A stretch of 64,000 nt of DNA, from contig JABGPZ010000069.1 in NCBI GenBank assembly GCA_018644725.1, positions 148,238 through 212,237 on the forward strand, read 5' to 3'. The stretch's first letter is position 1, and every line of letters begins with the position of its first letter. Under the pieces are notes generated by a model. That model was given only the letters and a program-made list of their open reading frames with translations. It was not told where the DNA came from and did no database searches. The DNA is from Phycisphaerales bacterium (GTDB lineage: Bacteria > Planctomycetota > Phycisphaerae > SM23-33). Positions 31,753 to 41,313 of the stretch are shown here, one piece after another. The translations under genes were made by a program, and so were the position numbers.

Positions 31753-31789
31753 AACGACAGGAGCCTTGTTGCTCCTGTCGTTTTTTTTT
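31753..31789 (+). terminator. Rho-independent terminator
   Basis: aacgacaggagc...gctcctgtcg-T9. Confidence 0.9.
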
Positions 31790-31890
31790 CGGAAATGGGG
31801 ACTGGTACCCTTTGCTCTGTATAGAAGATCACATTTTCCAGTATCTGGAATTTACACGATGAGATTGTTTCCGTTTATTTGTGTGAATTG

Positions 31891-32079
31891 AGGCCCGAAG
31901 GGCCGGCCGTCGATAGCCGGGGGCGTAAGCCCCCGGACCAGTGCGAAAAGAAATCGAGCCCCGAAGGGGCGGCAGACATTGGACTCACGATTCTTCTGTC
32001 GCCCTTTCAGGGCTCACTTCGCCGGGCTGTCTACCGGGGGCTTACGCCCCCGGCTATCCACTGTCGCGCCTCCGGCGCT
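31891..32079. mobile_element. Non-autonomous (gene-less) copy of the triple-hairpin inverted-arm element
   Basis: Arms 31891-31976 and 31995-32079 match the arms flanking tnpA; 18-bp spacer. Confidence 0.88.
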
Positions 32080-32294
32080 GAAACAGACACAATAAAACAA
32101 AATAGTATCGAGCGTGCAGTATCATAGGGTGCGGGAGCTTGTTGCTGTATGCGGAAGAGTGACTGCAAATGATTATGCGGGTGACAAGATATCCGGTCTG
32201 GAAGGCTGTCCCCGGTTTTTTAATTTTCAACCCAATCTTGAAACCTCGGGTGTTTTTCATTGACGCTCTATCGTGTCATTGGCACAATGGAACG

Positions 32295-33422
32295 ATGAAT
32301 TCTCAAGATGCGACATTCATGCGCCGGGCGATTGCGCTGGCCGGACGAGGGGCGGGGATGGTTTCGCCCAATCCGATGGTCGGCTGTGTGATTGTGCGCG
32401 ACGGCGAGATCATCGCCGAAGGGTTCCACACCAAGTATGGCGCACCGCACGCCGAACGCGAAGCGCTGGCCGATGCAGCCGGGCGCAATGTGGATGTGCG
32501 CGGCGCGACGGCCTATGTCACGCTTGAACCGTGTAGCCACTACGGGAAAACTCCGCCGTGCGCGGATGGTTTGATCGAAGCGGGCCTTGGCCGGGTCGTC
32601 GTGGCGATTGAAGATCCCGATTCGCAAGTCGCCGGACGCGGGATTGCAAAACTCCGCGACGCGGGCATCGCCGTCGAGGTCGGCTGTTGCGGCGAGGAGG
32701 TTTGCCGCCAGCTCGCACCCTACATCAAACACCGCACCACCGCGCGGCCGTGGGTGATCGCCAAGTGGGCCCAGACGGCCGATGGCTATCTCGCGCTGCC
32801 GTCGGGCGAAGGCCAATGGATCACCGGAGAGACATCCCGCACGCGCGTTCACGAAATCCGCGCCACGCTCGACGCAATCGCCGTGGGCATCGGCACGGTC
32901 CTCGCCGACGACCCGCTGCTCACCAATCGGACCGGTCGCGGCCGTCAGCCCTTGCGCGTCGTCGTTGATTCGAACCTTCGCATCCCGCTGGACTCCAAGC
33001 TCGTGACCTCGGCCGGCGAATTCCCGCTCCTCGTCGCGACGACGAACGCCGCCGCGCAGGCCAATCCTGAAATCGCCCGGGCACTCCAAGCCGCCGACGT
33101 CGACGTGGTTTCCGTCTCGGCCGATTGTGACGGGCACGTTGATCTGCTGGCATTGCAGAATGAGCTTGGCCAGCGCGGCATCGTCACCCTTCAGTTCGAG
33201 GGCGGCGCGACATTGCTTTGTTCTCTGTTGGACTGTGCGTTGGCCGACGAGTTGCAAGTCTACGTTTCGCCGCATTGCGTCGGCCGGGCGGCGTTGGAGG
33301 CGAATTTGCCAAAATTGGACATCGCGAAGCGCCTTTCCTGCATGAAGTTGCAGATGCTCTGGGAAGAGGGGCTTGGCGAAGATCGATTTATGCAGTTTGT
33401 CAAATCGCCCCCACAGGAGTAA
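32295..33422 (+). CDS. ribD: Bifunctional riboflavin biosynthesis deaminase/reductase
   Basis: SPNPMVGC, HAE, TLEPCSHYGKTPPC, GTVLADDPLLT, EGGA. Confidence 0.96.
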   Translation: MNSQDATFMRRAIALAGRGAGMVSPNPMVGCVIVRDGEIIAEGFHTKYGAPHAEREALADAAGRNVDVRGATAYVTLEPCSHYGKTPPCADGLIEAGLGRVVVAIEDPDSQVAGRGIAKLRDAGIAVEVGCCGEEVCRQLAPYIKHRTTARPWVIAKWAQTADGYLALPSGEGQWITGETSRTRVHEIRATLDAIAVGIGTVLADDPLLTNRTGRGRQPLRVVVDSNLRIPLDSKLVTSAGEFPLLVATTNAAAQANPEIARALQAADVDVVSVSADCDGHVDLLALQNELGQRGIVTLQFEGGATLLCSLLDCALADELQVYVSPHCVGRAALEANLPKLDIAKRLSCMKLQMLWEEGLGEDRFMQFVKSPPQE

Positions 33423-33528
33423 ACCTGCGGGCTTTCGGCCTCGCTCTGGACAGGAAATCCCATTCTTTTTGACTCTTTTGAGGGTTGCCCCTTGAGAATG
33501 GAGGGGGAAATCAGTATCATTTACCTCC

Positions 33529-35253
33529 ATGAGCAAAACCATGGAATTATTGCAATCGGTCGGGAAGTCAACCGACGAATCGGAGTTTTACACCCCGTAC
33601 CCAGCTGGGTACAAAAAGGATAAAACCAAGTTCGTCGTCGTCTTCGGTACAGTCATCTCTGGCCTGGGCAAGGGCATTTTTTCGTCCTCGCTCGCCAAGC
33701 TTCTTAAGGACAAGGGCCTCAAGGTCAGTCCGATTAAGCTTGAAGGCTACCTGAATATTGATTCGGGCACTCTCAACCCCTTCCGCCACGGCGAAGTGTT
33801 CGTCCTCGACGACGGCATGGAAACCGACATGGACCTGGGGACCTATGAGCGCGTGCTGGATCAGAACCTCGGGCGAAAAAACTTCGCCACCAGCGGGCAG
33901 ATCTACTCGACGATCCTCAACAAGGAACGGGCGGGGGACTATCTCGGTCGCGATGTGCAGATGATTCCGCACGTCACCGGCGAGGTCAAGCTGCGTCTGC
34001 GCGAGCTGGCGATGAACACCGACGCGGATGTCGTCTTCGTCGAAGTCGGCGGCACGGTCGGTGATATCGAGAACAGCTTTTATATCGAGGCTCTTCGTGA
34101 GCTGAGCTATGAAGAAGGACCAGGCCAGGTATGCTTCGCGTGCCTGTGCTACATTCTGGCTCCGCCGGCGCTGGGCGAGCAGAAGTCCAAAGCCGCGCAG
34201 CTGGGCATCAAGCGTCTGATGGAATATGGCATTCACCCGGACGTGATCGCGTGTCGCGCCGAGGACGAAGTCGGCCTGAAGGTTCGCGAGAAAATTTCGC
34301 TCTTTACCAACGTGCCCGTCGAGTGCGTTTTCAGCATGCATGATCTGTCGAGCATCTATCTGCTGCCGGAGAACATGCGCGCTGAGGGGCTCGACGACCA
34401 GGTTGTCGAGCAGCTCGGCCTGAAAGATCGCTGCGACGCGGTCGAGGAAGAAAAACACCGCATTGCGTGGCAGGCCTATGTCGAGAAGATCCAGGCCGAA
34501 AAGCCCACCGTCCGCATTGGCGTGACGGGGAAATATGTCTCCCTGCGGGACAGCTACGCGTCGATCATCAAGGCCATCGAGCATTCCGGCATCGCCAATG
34601 AGGTCGAGGTCGAGATTGTCTGGATCGAGACGACCGATGTGAACGAAGAAAACGTAGACGAGATTCTCGGCGGCGTGGACGGAATTATCGTCCCCGGCGG
34701 CTTCGGCAAGCGCGGTACAGAGGGGAAAATCCTCTGCATCGAGCACGCGCGCAAGACCGGCCTGCCGTATCTCGGGATTTGCCTGGGCTTCCAGATGGCG
34801 GTCATCGAATTCGCACGCAACGTCTGCGGACTTGCCGATGCGACGAGCACCGAGCTGGACCCCGAAACGACACACCCGGTGATCAGCATCCTGCCCGACC
34901 AGAAGCTCATCGAGGGCCTCGGCGGAAACATGCGCCTCGGCGGCCAGGACGTGCAGATCACGCCCGGCACGATTGCGTATGACCTGTACGGCCAGAAGGA
35001 GCAGATTCGTCAGCGCTTCCGCCACCGCTATGAAGTGGACCCGAGCTACATTGAGCAGTTCGAGGCGGCCGGGCTGGTGTTCAGCGGGCGCCACCCCGAG
35101 CACCCGATCATGCAGGTGCTGGAGCTGCCCAAGAAGATGCACCCGTACTTCGTCGCCGCGCAGTATCACCCCGAGCTGACCAGCCGTCCGCTGAATCCCC
35201 AGCCGATGTTCGTCGGCCTCATCGAAGCGGCCAAAACCCGCGCGGGGAAATAG
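33529..35253 (+). CDS. pyrG: CTP synthase
   Basis: SGLGKG, YLNIDSGT, GGTVGDIE, GICLGFQ, RHRYE, QYHPE. Confidence 0.97.
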   Translation: MSKTMELLQSVGKSTDESEFYTPYPAGYKKDKTKFVVVFGTVISGLGKGIFSSSLAKLLKDKGLKVSPIKLEGYLNIDSGTLNPFRHGEVFVLDDGMETDMDLGTYERVLDQNLGRKNFATSGQIYSTILNKERAGDYLGRDVQMIPHVTGEVKLRLRELAMNTDADVVFVEVGGTVGDIENSFYIEALRELSYEEGPGQVCFACLCYILAPPALGEQKSKAAQLGIKRLMEYGIHPDVIACRAEDEVGLKVREKISLFTNVPVECVFSMHDLSSIYLLPENMRAEGLDDQVVEQLGLKDRCDAVEEEKHRIAWQAYVEKIQAEKPTVRIGVTGKYVSLRDSYASIIKAIEHSGIANEVEVEIVWIETTDVNEENVDEILGGVDGIIVPGGFGKRGTEGKILCIEHARKTGLPYLGICLGFQMAVIEFARNVCGLADATSTELDPETTHPVISILPDQKLIEGLGGNMRLGGQDVQITPGTIAYDLYGQKEQIRQRFRHRYEVDPSYIEQFEAAGLVFSGRHPEHPIMQVLELPKKMHPYFVAAQYHPELTSRPLNPQPMFVGLIEAAKTRAGK

Positions 35254-35271
35254 GACAAAAAAGAGAAACAA

Positions 35272-35294
35272 GGGCACGGCATGCCGTGGCCTAT
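35272..35294 (-). repeat. Degenerate GTAG-type REP copy
   Basis: gggcacggcatgccgtggcctat shares its core with 12936-12959. Confidence 0.65.
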
Positions 35295-35303
35295 GATTGA
35301 AAT

Positions 35304-35343
35304 AAAAAACCGCCTGACGTTCTTTGGAACATCAGGCGGTTTT
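35304..35343. terminator. Bidirectional terminator
   Basis: A6-ccgcctga...tcaggcgg-T4 between convergent genes. Confidence 0.8.
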
Positions 35344-35359
35344 GTTTTTTGCAGGGCGG

Positions 35360-37039
35360 TTATTTGGTTTTCACCTTTTTCGGTTTCGGCCGTTTTGGTT
35401 TCGGTTGCTTAGGATTTGGCCGTTTTGGTTTCGGGGTTGTCCCATGGTCCGAGTAATGGTCTGTGTACGCGGAGGTGTCCGGCGGAGTGGTTCCGCGGAG
35501 CTCTTTGACCAACGTCGCACACCGTTTGCGGAAGTGGGCAAGCGTCTCGGCGCGTGCGGGGTCCGCGGCGAGGTTCGTCAATTCGCCGGGGTCTTTGGCG
35601 AGGTGGAACAGCTCTTCGTAGATCGGTTGTTCCCCGCGGATCGACGCCGTGAGCGCCTTGGCGTGGGGCGTGTCGAGTTTCTTATCGAAGTAGCGGATGT
35701 ACTTCCAGTCCTTGGTTCGGACCCCTTCGCAACGGGGATAGTTTTGGCCCATGAACATGTTCTCGAGGAAGAACTCGTCACGCCAGACCTTGGGGGTGTC
35801 GGTGTCGGCCAGTAGCGGCTTCCACGATTGGCCTTGGGTGTCGGGTGAGGGCTCCAGCCCGGCAAGGCCCAACAGCGTCGGCGCGATGTCGATGTTCAGA
35901 ACGATCTCGTCGCGTTTTTGGCCTTGGAGGGCCTTGGGCGCGCGCGGGTCGAAAACGATCATCGGAACATGGATTGATTCTTCGTAGAGGAACACCTTTC
36001 CGCCGAGGCCGTGTTCGCCGTGCTGAAGGCCGTGGTCGGACGTGTAGAGAATGATGGTGTTTTCGGCGAGGCCATCGGCCTCAAGCTGTTTGCGGACGGC
36101 GCCGACGAGGCGGTCGATGCCGGTGACCGTCTGGCAGGTGCGGATCTGCCGCTCACGCAGGGCTTCGCGCGACAGGACATAATTATAACCGTTCATGAAT
36201 TTCCCGTTCCACACGTTCGCGGGTAGTTTCCGCGACTTGAGTTTCGCCTTCGGGATGTAATTCTGCGGCGTGGGCAGTTTGTCCGCTTGGTCGCGATAGG
36301 CCGTGCGGTAGAGTGCGTCGTCGGTGGGCTTCTTCTCCATCGTACCCGTTCCTGCGCCGTGGGGAACGTTGAAGTTCACCAGCAGGCAGAAGGGCTTGTC
36401 CTTGGGCCTTGCGGTGAGGAATTTCGACGTGCCCTGCAGCGAGGGGTTCTGCTGGAAGAATGCCAGTGCGCCTTCGGTGAAAATTTCCGGCTGGGTGTCG
36501 AGCTTGGCGTCTTTGTAGATTTTGTGCTTTGATTTGGGATAGAAGAAACTGTGGCCGTGATTGCCATACCAGAAGTCGAAGCCTTTGTCCATTACGCCGC
36601 TTTTGTATCCGCCACGGCCGATGGGCGAGTGGTTCTTGCCGACATAGCCGACGAAGTAGCCAGCCTGCTTGAGGCGCATCGGATAGGATCGTCTAAAGGC
36701 GCGCCCGGAGACGGCAGTGCCCGATCCAAACGTGATGCCATGTTTGCGTTCGTACTGGCCGAGCAGGATCGATGTCCGGCTGGGTGTGCAGGCCGCCGTC
36801 GTCACGAAGGCATTGCGGAAGTAGACGCCCTTTGCGGCGAGGTCATCGATGTTGGGTGTTTTGACCACGGGATGGCCCGCGCAGCCGAGATAGTCGGCGC
36901 GCTGGTCGTCGGCGAGAATGACGACGATGTTGGGGCGTTTGGCCTCGGCTTGTTCGGCGAGCAGGGAAGCAGGATTGGCGGTTGCTGCTGCGAGCATGGT
37001 GAGGCCTGTCGATTTGAGGAATGTACGTCGTTGAAGCAT
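35360..37039 (-). CDS. Tat-exported sulfatase (formylglycine-dependent, S1 type)
   Basis: QRRTFLK Tat signal; RPNIVVILADD, CTPSR, GKNH, YTSDHG; Lys/Pro-rich C-terminal tail. Confidence 0.93.
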   Translation of the reverse strand: MLQRRTFLKSTGLTMLAAATANPASLLAEQAEAKRPNIVVILADDQRADYLGCAGHPVVKTPNIDDLAAKGVYFRNAFVTTAACTPSRTSILLGQYERKHGITFGSGTAVSGRAFRRSYPMRLKQAGYFVGYVGKNHSPIGRGGYKSGVMDKGFDFWYGNHGHSFFYPKSKHKIYKDAKLDTQPEIFTEGALAFFQQNPSLQGTSKFLTARPKDKPFCLLVNFNVPHGAGTGTMEKKPTDDALYRTAYRDQADKLPTPQNYIPKAKLKSRKLPANVWNGKFMNGYNYVLSREALRERQIRTCQTVTGIDRLVGAVRKQLEADGLAENTIILYTSDHGLQHGEHGLGGKVFLYEESIHVPMIVFDPRAPKALQGQKRDEIVLNIDIAPTLLGLAGLEPSPDTQGQSWKPLLADTDTPKVWRDEFFLENMFMGQNYPRCEGVRTKDWKYIRYFDKKLDTPHAKALTASIRGEQPIYEELFHLAKDPGELTNLAADPARAETLAHFRKRCATLVKELRGTTPPDTSAYTDHYSDHGTTPKPKRPNPKQPKPKRPKPKKVKTK

Positions 37040-37075
37040 AGTCTTCCTTTCTGTATTAGAGTAACGCTGGGTAGG

Positions 37076-38503
37076 TCAATTTGTTGCGTTGTCTGGCGGT
37101 TCGGGGAGATGTGTGAGGATGGCGGCGGTGGCGAGTCCGCCGATGACGTTCGCGGCCGTCAGGCCCCAGAAGATGCCATAGAGCCCGAAGAAGTAGCGCC
37201 CAAGCCACGCCAGCGGGATATAGAGCACCAACAGGCGAATCAGGTCGACCGCGGCGGCCCGGCCGGGGAAGTTCATCGCGTTGTAGATCGCCGCGCCCAT
37301 GAAGTTCATGCTGCGGAACCCCAGGCCGATCGCGATGATCCACAGGTAGTTCGTCATGATCTCCTGGATGTCGGTTTCGGGGCGGAAGATCGGCGCGATG
37401 TGGCCGGCGAACGCGAACGCCAGCAGGCAGCAGAATCCGCCCCAAGCCAGCGAGAACCACATCGCGGCATTTTTCGCGCGGCGGACGCGGTCCATCTTTC
37501 CCGCGCCGAAGTTTTGTCCCACGAACGGCCCGACGGTGGTGTGTAGCGCCCACAGGGCCATCATCACCAGCGCCTCGACGCGCATCCCCGCCGCTTGGGC
37601 GGCGACGGCGGACAGGTTTTCGGCGGAGGCGAGAACTGGGTTGGGATTGGTGCTGTGGCTGTTGAGAAGCCGCGTGACTGCGCCGATGGAAATCGGGAAC
37701 ATCAGCGTCGTCAGCGTCGAGGGAATGCCCACGTAGAGGATCTTGCCCCAGCTTTCGCGCAGCACGCGCAGGCGCGGGAATTCAAATGTCAGCAGGCCCT
37801 TTTTGCGCAGTGCCCACAGGGCATAGATCGCGACGAGGCCACGGCTGATGACGGTCGCCCAGGCCGCGCCCGCCACGCCCATCCGCGGCAGGCCCCAGTG
37901 GCCGAAAATCAGAAGGTAGTCGAGTCCGACGTTGAGAATCGCGCCCGCGATCATCACCACTGACGGCGTGATCGTGTCGCCGGCCGCCCGCAAGGCAGCA
38001 TTGGCCACGCGCGGAATCAGCATCGTCGCCAGGCCGTAATACCAGATCGTCATGTAGGTGCGGATGACCGGCATGGCCTCGGCGGGGGTCTTGAGCAGCG
38101 CGAACACCGGGTCAATGGTCGCCAGGCCGATGACCGTGAGCATCACGCTCGCCAGCACGCTGAGGATCAGCCCGTCGGTGGCGACCTGGCGCGGGCGATG
38201 CGGGTCACCGCCGCCGATGATGCGCGAAAGAACCGAGCTGAGACCCGTGTTGATCCCCATGCCGAACGAGCCGCAGAACACCACTACAGAGAATGTGCAG
38301 CCCATCGCCGCGAGCGCCACTTTGCCGTAGCCGGGGTCGATGACAGAGTCCCAACCCTGTTCGCCGAGATGCCCGACGAAAAGGGTATCGGCAAGGTTGT
38401 ACAGAACATTGGTCAGCATTCCGCCGATCATCGGCAGCGTCATCCAGAAAAGCTGTTTGGCGACGGGCCCCTCGGTGTACAGATCGAATCGCTTGGTCGT
38501 CAC
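37076..38503 (-). CDS. MATE family transporter
   Basis: LYNLADTLFVGHLG, LRAAGDT, MGVAGAAWATV, GQNFGAG; GTG start overlapping the upstream stop. Confidence 0.9.
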   Translation of the reverse strand: MTTKRFDLYTEGPVAKQLFWMTLPMIGGMLTNVLYNLADTLFVGHLGEQGWDSVIDPGYGKVALAAMGCTFSVVVFCGSFGMGINTGLSSVLSRIIGGGDPHRPRQVATDGLILSVLASVMLTVIGLATIDPVFALLKTPAEAMPVIRTYMTIWYYGLATMLIPRVANAALRAAGDTITPSVVMIAGAILNVGLDYLLIFGHWGLPRMGVAGAAWATVISRGLVAIYALWALRKKGLLTFEFPRLRVLRESWGKILYVGIPSTLTTLMFPISIGAVTRLLNSHSTNPNPVLASAENLSAVAAQAAGMRVEALVMMALWALHTTVGPFVGQNFGAGKMDRVRRAKNAAMWFSLAWGGFCCLLAFAFAGHIAPIFRPETDIQEIMTNYLWIIAIGLGFRSMNFMGAAIYNAMNFPGRAAAVDLIRLLVLYIPLAWLGRYFFGLYGIFWGLTAANVIGGLATAAILTHLPEPPDNATN

Positions 38504-40164
38504 GGCGTGGCTTTCGGCGCGAGAGCCTCGTACATACGTTCATTGAGTTCCATCGTGCCGTAGATGCGCAATTCGATGCCGTGCCGCAACCAGATGCGCT
38601 CGCGCAGGGCCGGGAGAATCGGCGGGACCAGAAGCGGTTTTCCCCCTGCGGAGAACGTGTCGCTGTAGAGATAGTCCGTCATTTGCATCTGGAGGGAGGC
38701 GATGTTTTCATGGTGGGCGACGAGGAAGATCAGCTCCGGCCGGGCGGTCGGATTGGGATGGTTCGGATCGTCAAGATGGTGGAAGTTCCGCAGGTACCAC
38801 GGCAGCGGCCAGAGGCATTCGAGATTTTCCACGAAGAGTTTGATGTTGGTCGTTTTGGCCAATTCGGGATCCGCCGCACGCCAGCGTTCGAGAATCTCTG
38901 CCAGGGCGGGGATGTCTTTGGTGGTGTGGGCATAGACGCTGGGGTTGGCTTCGTTGTCGATGTCGACGAAGCTCGCACGATGGGCGGAGGTGTACTGGAA
39001 GATCGAGAGCACCAGGAGCAGCACGCCTGCAGCAAACCGGCTGTGCAGGCCGTGAGGGCGGGTGAGGCGCAGCAGATCCATCGCTCCACAGCCCGCGAGC
39101 AGACACAGCGGCAAAATCACGCTGAGGATGCACCACGGCGTTTTGTAGGGGATCAGCGAGTAGAGCCCAAACAGCACGAAGGCGTAGATCCCCAGTCCTA
39201 CGCGCCAACGGTGTTGATTGTCGCTGAGGCCAACGCGGCGGTTCCAGCCCGAGACAAATCCGAGCATTGCCAGCGCCAGCAGCGGCGCCTGGGTATAGAT
39301 CCAGCCGTGTGTGGGGGAGTTGAACAGCCAGGTGATGTAGCGCCCGAAGGGGTAGCTGTGGCGGTCGGCCCCCATGGCGCTCGCGTCGCCCGCAGCGCGG
39401 GAGAGGTAGTTCCAGTAGGTCGAAATCGAGTCGCCCAGTGCGGCGGGGTTTTTGCCGAAGTTGCTCAGCAGCACAAACGCCACGCCTGTCGCGACCAGCA
39501 GAGCGGCCGGTGCAAGCCAAAGTCGTCGCCAGCGGATCGGACGGATCGTCTGGCGGAAGTGCCAGGCGACCACGCCCAGCGCGACAGCGGCGGCCGGGAG
39601 GGACAGGACCCACGTCTCTTTTGTGGCGTGGATGAGACCGACGAACATCCCCGCGTAGACAGCCCACAGCCAGCGCGACGAGCGTGTTGGCGAGGCCAAA
39701 GCGCGGGCGATGGAAACCGCCGCGAAGAACCCGAAGCACACGAGGAAGATTTCCTGGATCGAATCGCGGCTGAAGAACACCAGCTCGTGACAGGTCGCCA
39801 CCGCCAGCATCGCCGCGAGGGTTTCGCCATTGCCGAGGGAGTTGCGCATCAGCAGCAGCCCCGCAACAAGCGCGATGCCCACCAGCGCCGCGGGCAGGCG
39901 CAGGTCGTACTCGTCCAGCTCGGCGTGAGTGCGGTGGCCTCGATAATGGGCGACGGCCGCCGAACCGTAATTCAGCGTCGGGCCGTGAAATTCGTGCGGG
40001 TCATACACATAGTCCCCGCGCTCGATGAGGTCGCCGAGCTTTTTGGCGTGAACCGCCTCATCGGTATGGACCGGGCGATTGGCGAGATTCGTCAGCCGCA
40101 GCCCGCAGGCCATGGCCAGGATTCCAAGTGCTACAGAGACGAAGATGAGTCGCTTGAGGATCAT
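38500..40164 (-). CDS. GT-C (ArnT/PMT-like) membrane protein, TIGR03663/Agl23-like
   Basis: HTDEAVH, YDPHEFHGP, TKE, YKTPW, WPLPWYLR motifs; many transmembrane segments. Confidence 0.75.
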   Translation of the reverse strand: MILKRLIFVSVALGILAMACGLRLTNLANRPVHTDEAVHAKKLGDLIERGDYVYDPHEFHGPTLNYGSAAVAHYRGHRTHAELDEYDLRLPAALVGIALVAGLLLMRNSLGNGETLAAMLAVATCHELVFFSRDSIQEIFLVCFGFFAAVSIARALASPTRSSRWLWAVYAGMFVGLIHATKETWVLSLPAAAVALGVVAWHFRQTIRPIRWRRLWLAPAALLVATGVAFVLLSNFGKNPAALGDSISTYWNYLSRAAGDASAMGADRHSYPFGRYITWLFNSPTHGWIYTQAPLLALAMLGFVSGWNRRVGLSDNQHRWRVGLGIYAFVLFGLYSLIPYKTPWCILSVILPLCLLAGCGAMDLLRLTRPHGLHSRFAAGVLLLVLSIFQYTSAHRASFVDIDNEANPSVYAHTTKDIPALAEILERWRAADPELAKTTNIKLFVENLECLWPLPWYLRNFHHLDDPNHPNPTARPELIFLVAHHENIASLQMQMTDYLYSDTFSAGGKPLLVPPILPALRERIWLRHGIELRIYGTMELNERMYEALAPKATP

Positions 40165-41228
40165 TCGGTTTCAGCTTCGAGGGCTTCGAGTCGTTGGGTG
40201 AGTTTGGCGAGTTGCTTGGTGAGGCGTTTGATTTCGCCGCGCATTTCCGGCACGCGGGTCATCGAGACCATCACGCGGCGCGCTTCGGAGCGGGGCATGG
40301 CTGGGGTGCCGAGGACTTCGGCGCCGGGGGGCAGGGTGTTGGTCACACCGGATTGGGCGGCGACGCGTACGCCATCTCCGATGGAGATGTGCCCGACGAT
40401 GCCGGCTTGGCCACCGAAGACGCAGTAGTCGCCCACGTGGACCGAGCCCGCCAGGCCTGTCTGGGCGACGAGCAGGCAGTGTTTGCCGAGCTTCGTGCCG
40501 TGGCCGATGGCGATGAGGTTGGAGAATTTCGTCCCGCGGCCAATGGTGGTCGGGCCCATCGTCGCACGGTCGATCGTGCAGCACGCGCCGATTTCGACGT
40601 CGTCTTCCAGAACGACCCAGCCGGCCTGGGGAATTTTGTTGTGGAACACTTCGCCCGCGTCGTTGGCGTGGGTGGCATAGCCGAACCCGTCGTGACCAAT
40701 CGAGCAGCCCGCGTGGACCGTCACGCGGTCGCCGGCAATCGTGCCGTCATAGAGCGTCGTGTTGGGATAGATCACGCAGCCCGCGCCGAGGGTGGTCTCC
40801 GGGCCGACGAACACGCCGGGATAGATCACGCAGCCCGCGCCGAGGGTTGCCCCCGCGCAGATCGTCGCATAGGGGCCCACGGCGACGTCCGGTGCGAGAG
40901 TGGCGGTGGGGTCGACGGTGGCCGAGTCACTCACACCCGTGAAGGGGTGTTCGCGGAAGCCGAAGAATTCGACCATGATATCGCGGTAGGCGCGGTAGGG
41001 ATCGTCGCAGCGGATCAGCGCACCTTTTCCGGTGTAGTCGCGTTGGACGAGCACGGCCGCGGCGTCGCTGGTGGCGACTTTATTCGTATAGCGGGCGTTG
41101 GCCAGAAAGCTGACCTGCTCGGCGGTGGCCTCGTCCAGCGACGAGACACCCGTGACGGCGGTCTGTGGGGCGGCGCTGTCCAGTGTGCCACCGACGAGGT
41201 CGGCGATTTGTTGTAGTGTCATTTCCAT
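40161..41228 (-). CDS. lpxD: UDP-3-O-acylglucosamine N-acyltransferase
   Basis: Hexapeptide repeats, DGFGY, KIPQAG, EIGA..TIDR, IGHG; GGAG RBS. Confidence 0.93.
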   Translation of the reverse strand: MEMTLQQIADLVGGTLDSAAPQTAVTGVSSLDEATAEQVSFLANARYTNKVATSDAAAVLVQRDYTGKGALIRCDDPYRAYRDIMVEFFGFREHPFTGVSDSATVDPTATLAPDVAVGPYATICAGATLGAGCVIYPGVFVGPETTLGAGCVIYPNTTLYDGTIAGDRVTVHAGCSIGHDGFGYATHANDAGEVFHNKIPQAGWVVLEDDVEIGACCTIDRATMGPTTIGRGTKFSNLIAIGHGTKLGKHCLLVAQTGLAGSVHVGDYCVFGGQAGIVGHISIGDGVRVAAQSGVTNTLPPGAEVLGTPAMPRSEARRVMVSMTRVPEMRGEIKRLTKQLAKLTQRLEALEAETE

Positions 41229-41313
41229 AGTGGTCTCCAGGGGCAAAATAGATGGTCACAGTATACTCCATCGCCCGCAAAGAAGAAAGAACCCGCGGGT
41301 GAATCTGCCGGCG

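Noticed and set aside
32100..32294. FMN riboswitch upstream of ribD (and of ribF)
   Set aside because: No RFN consensus is visible and both genes appear leaderless
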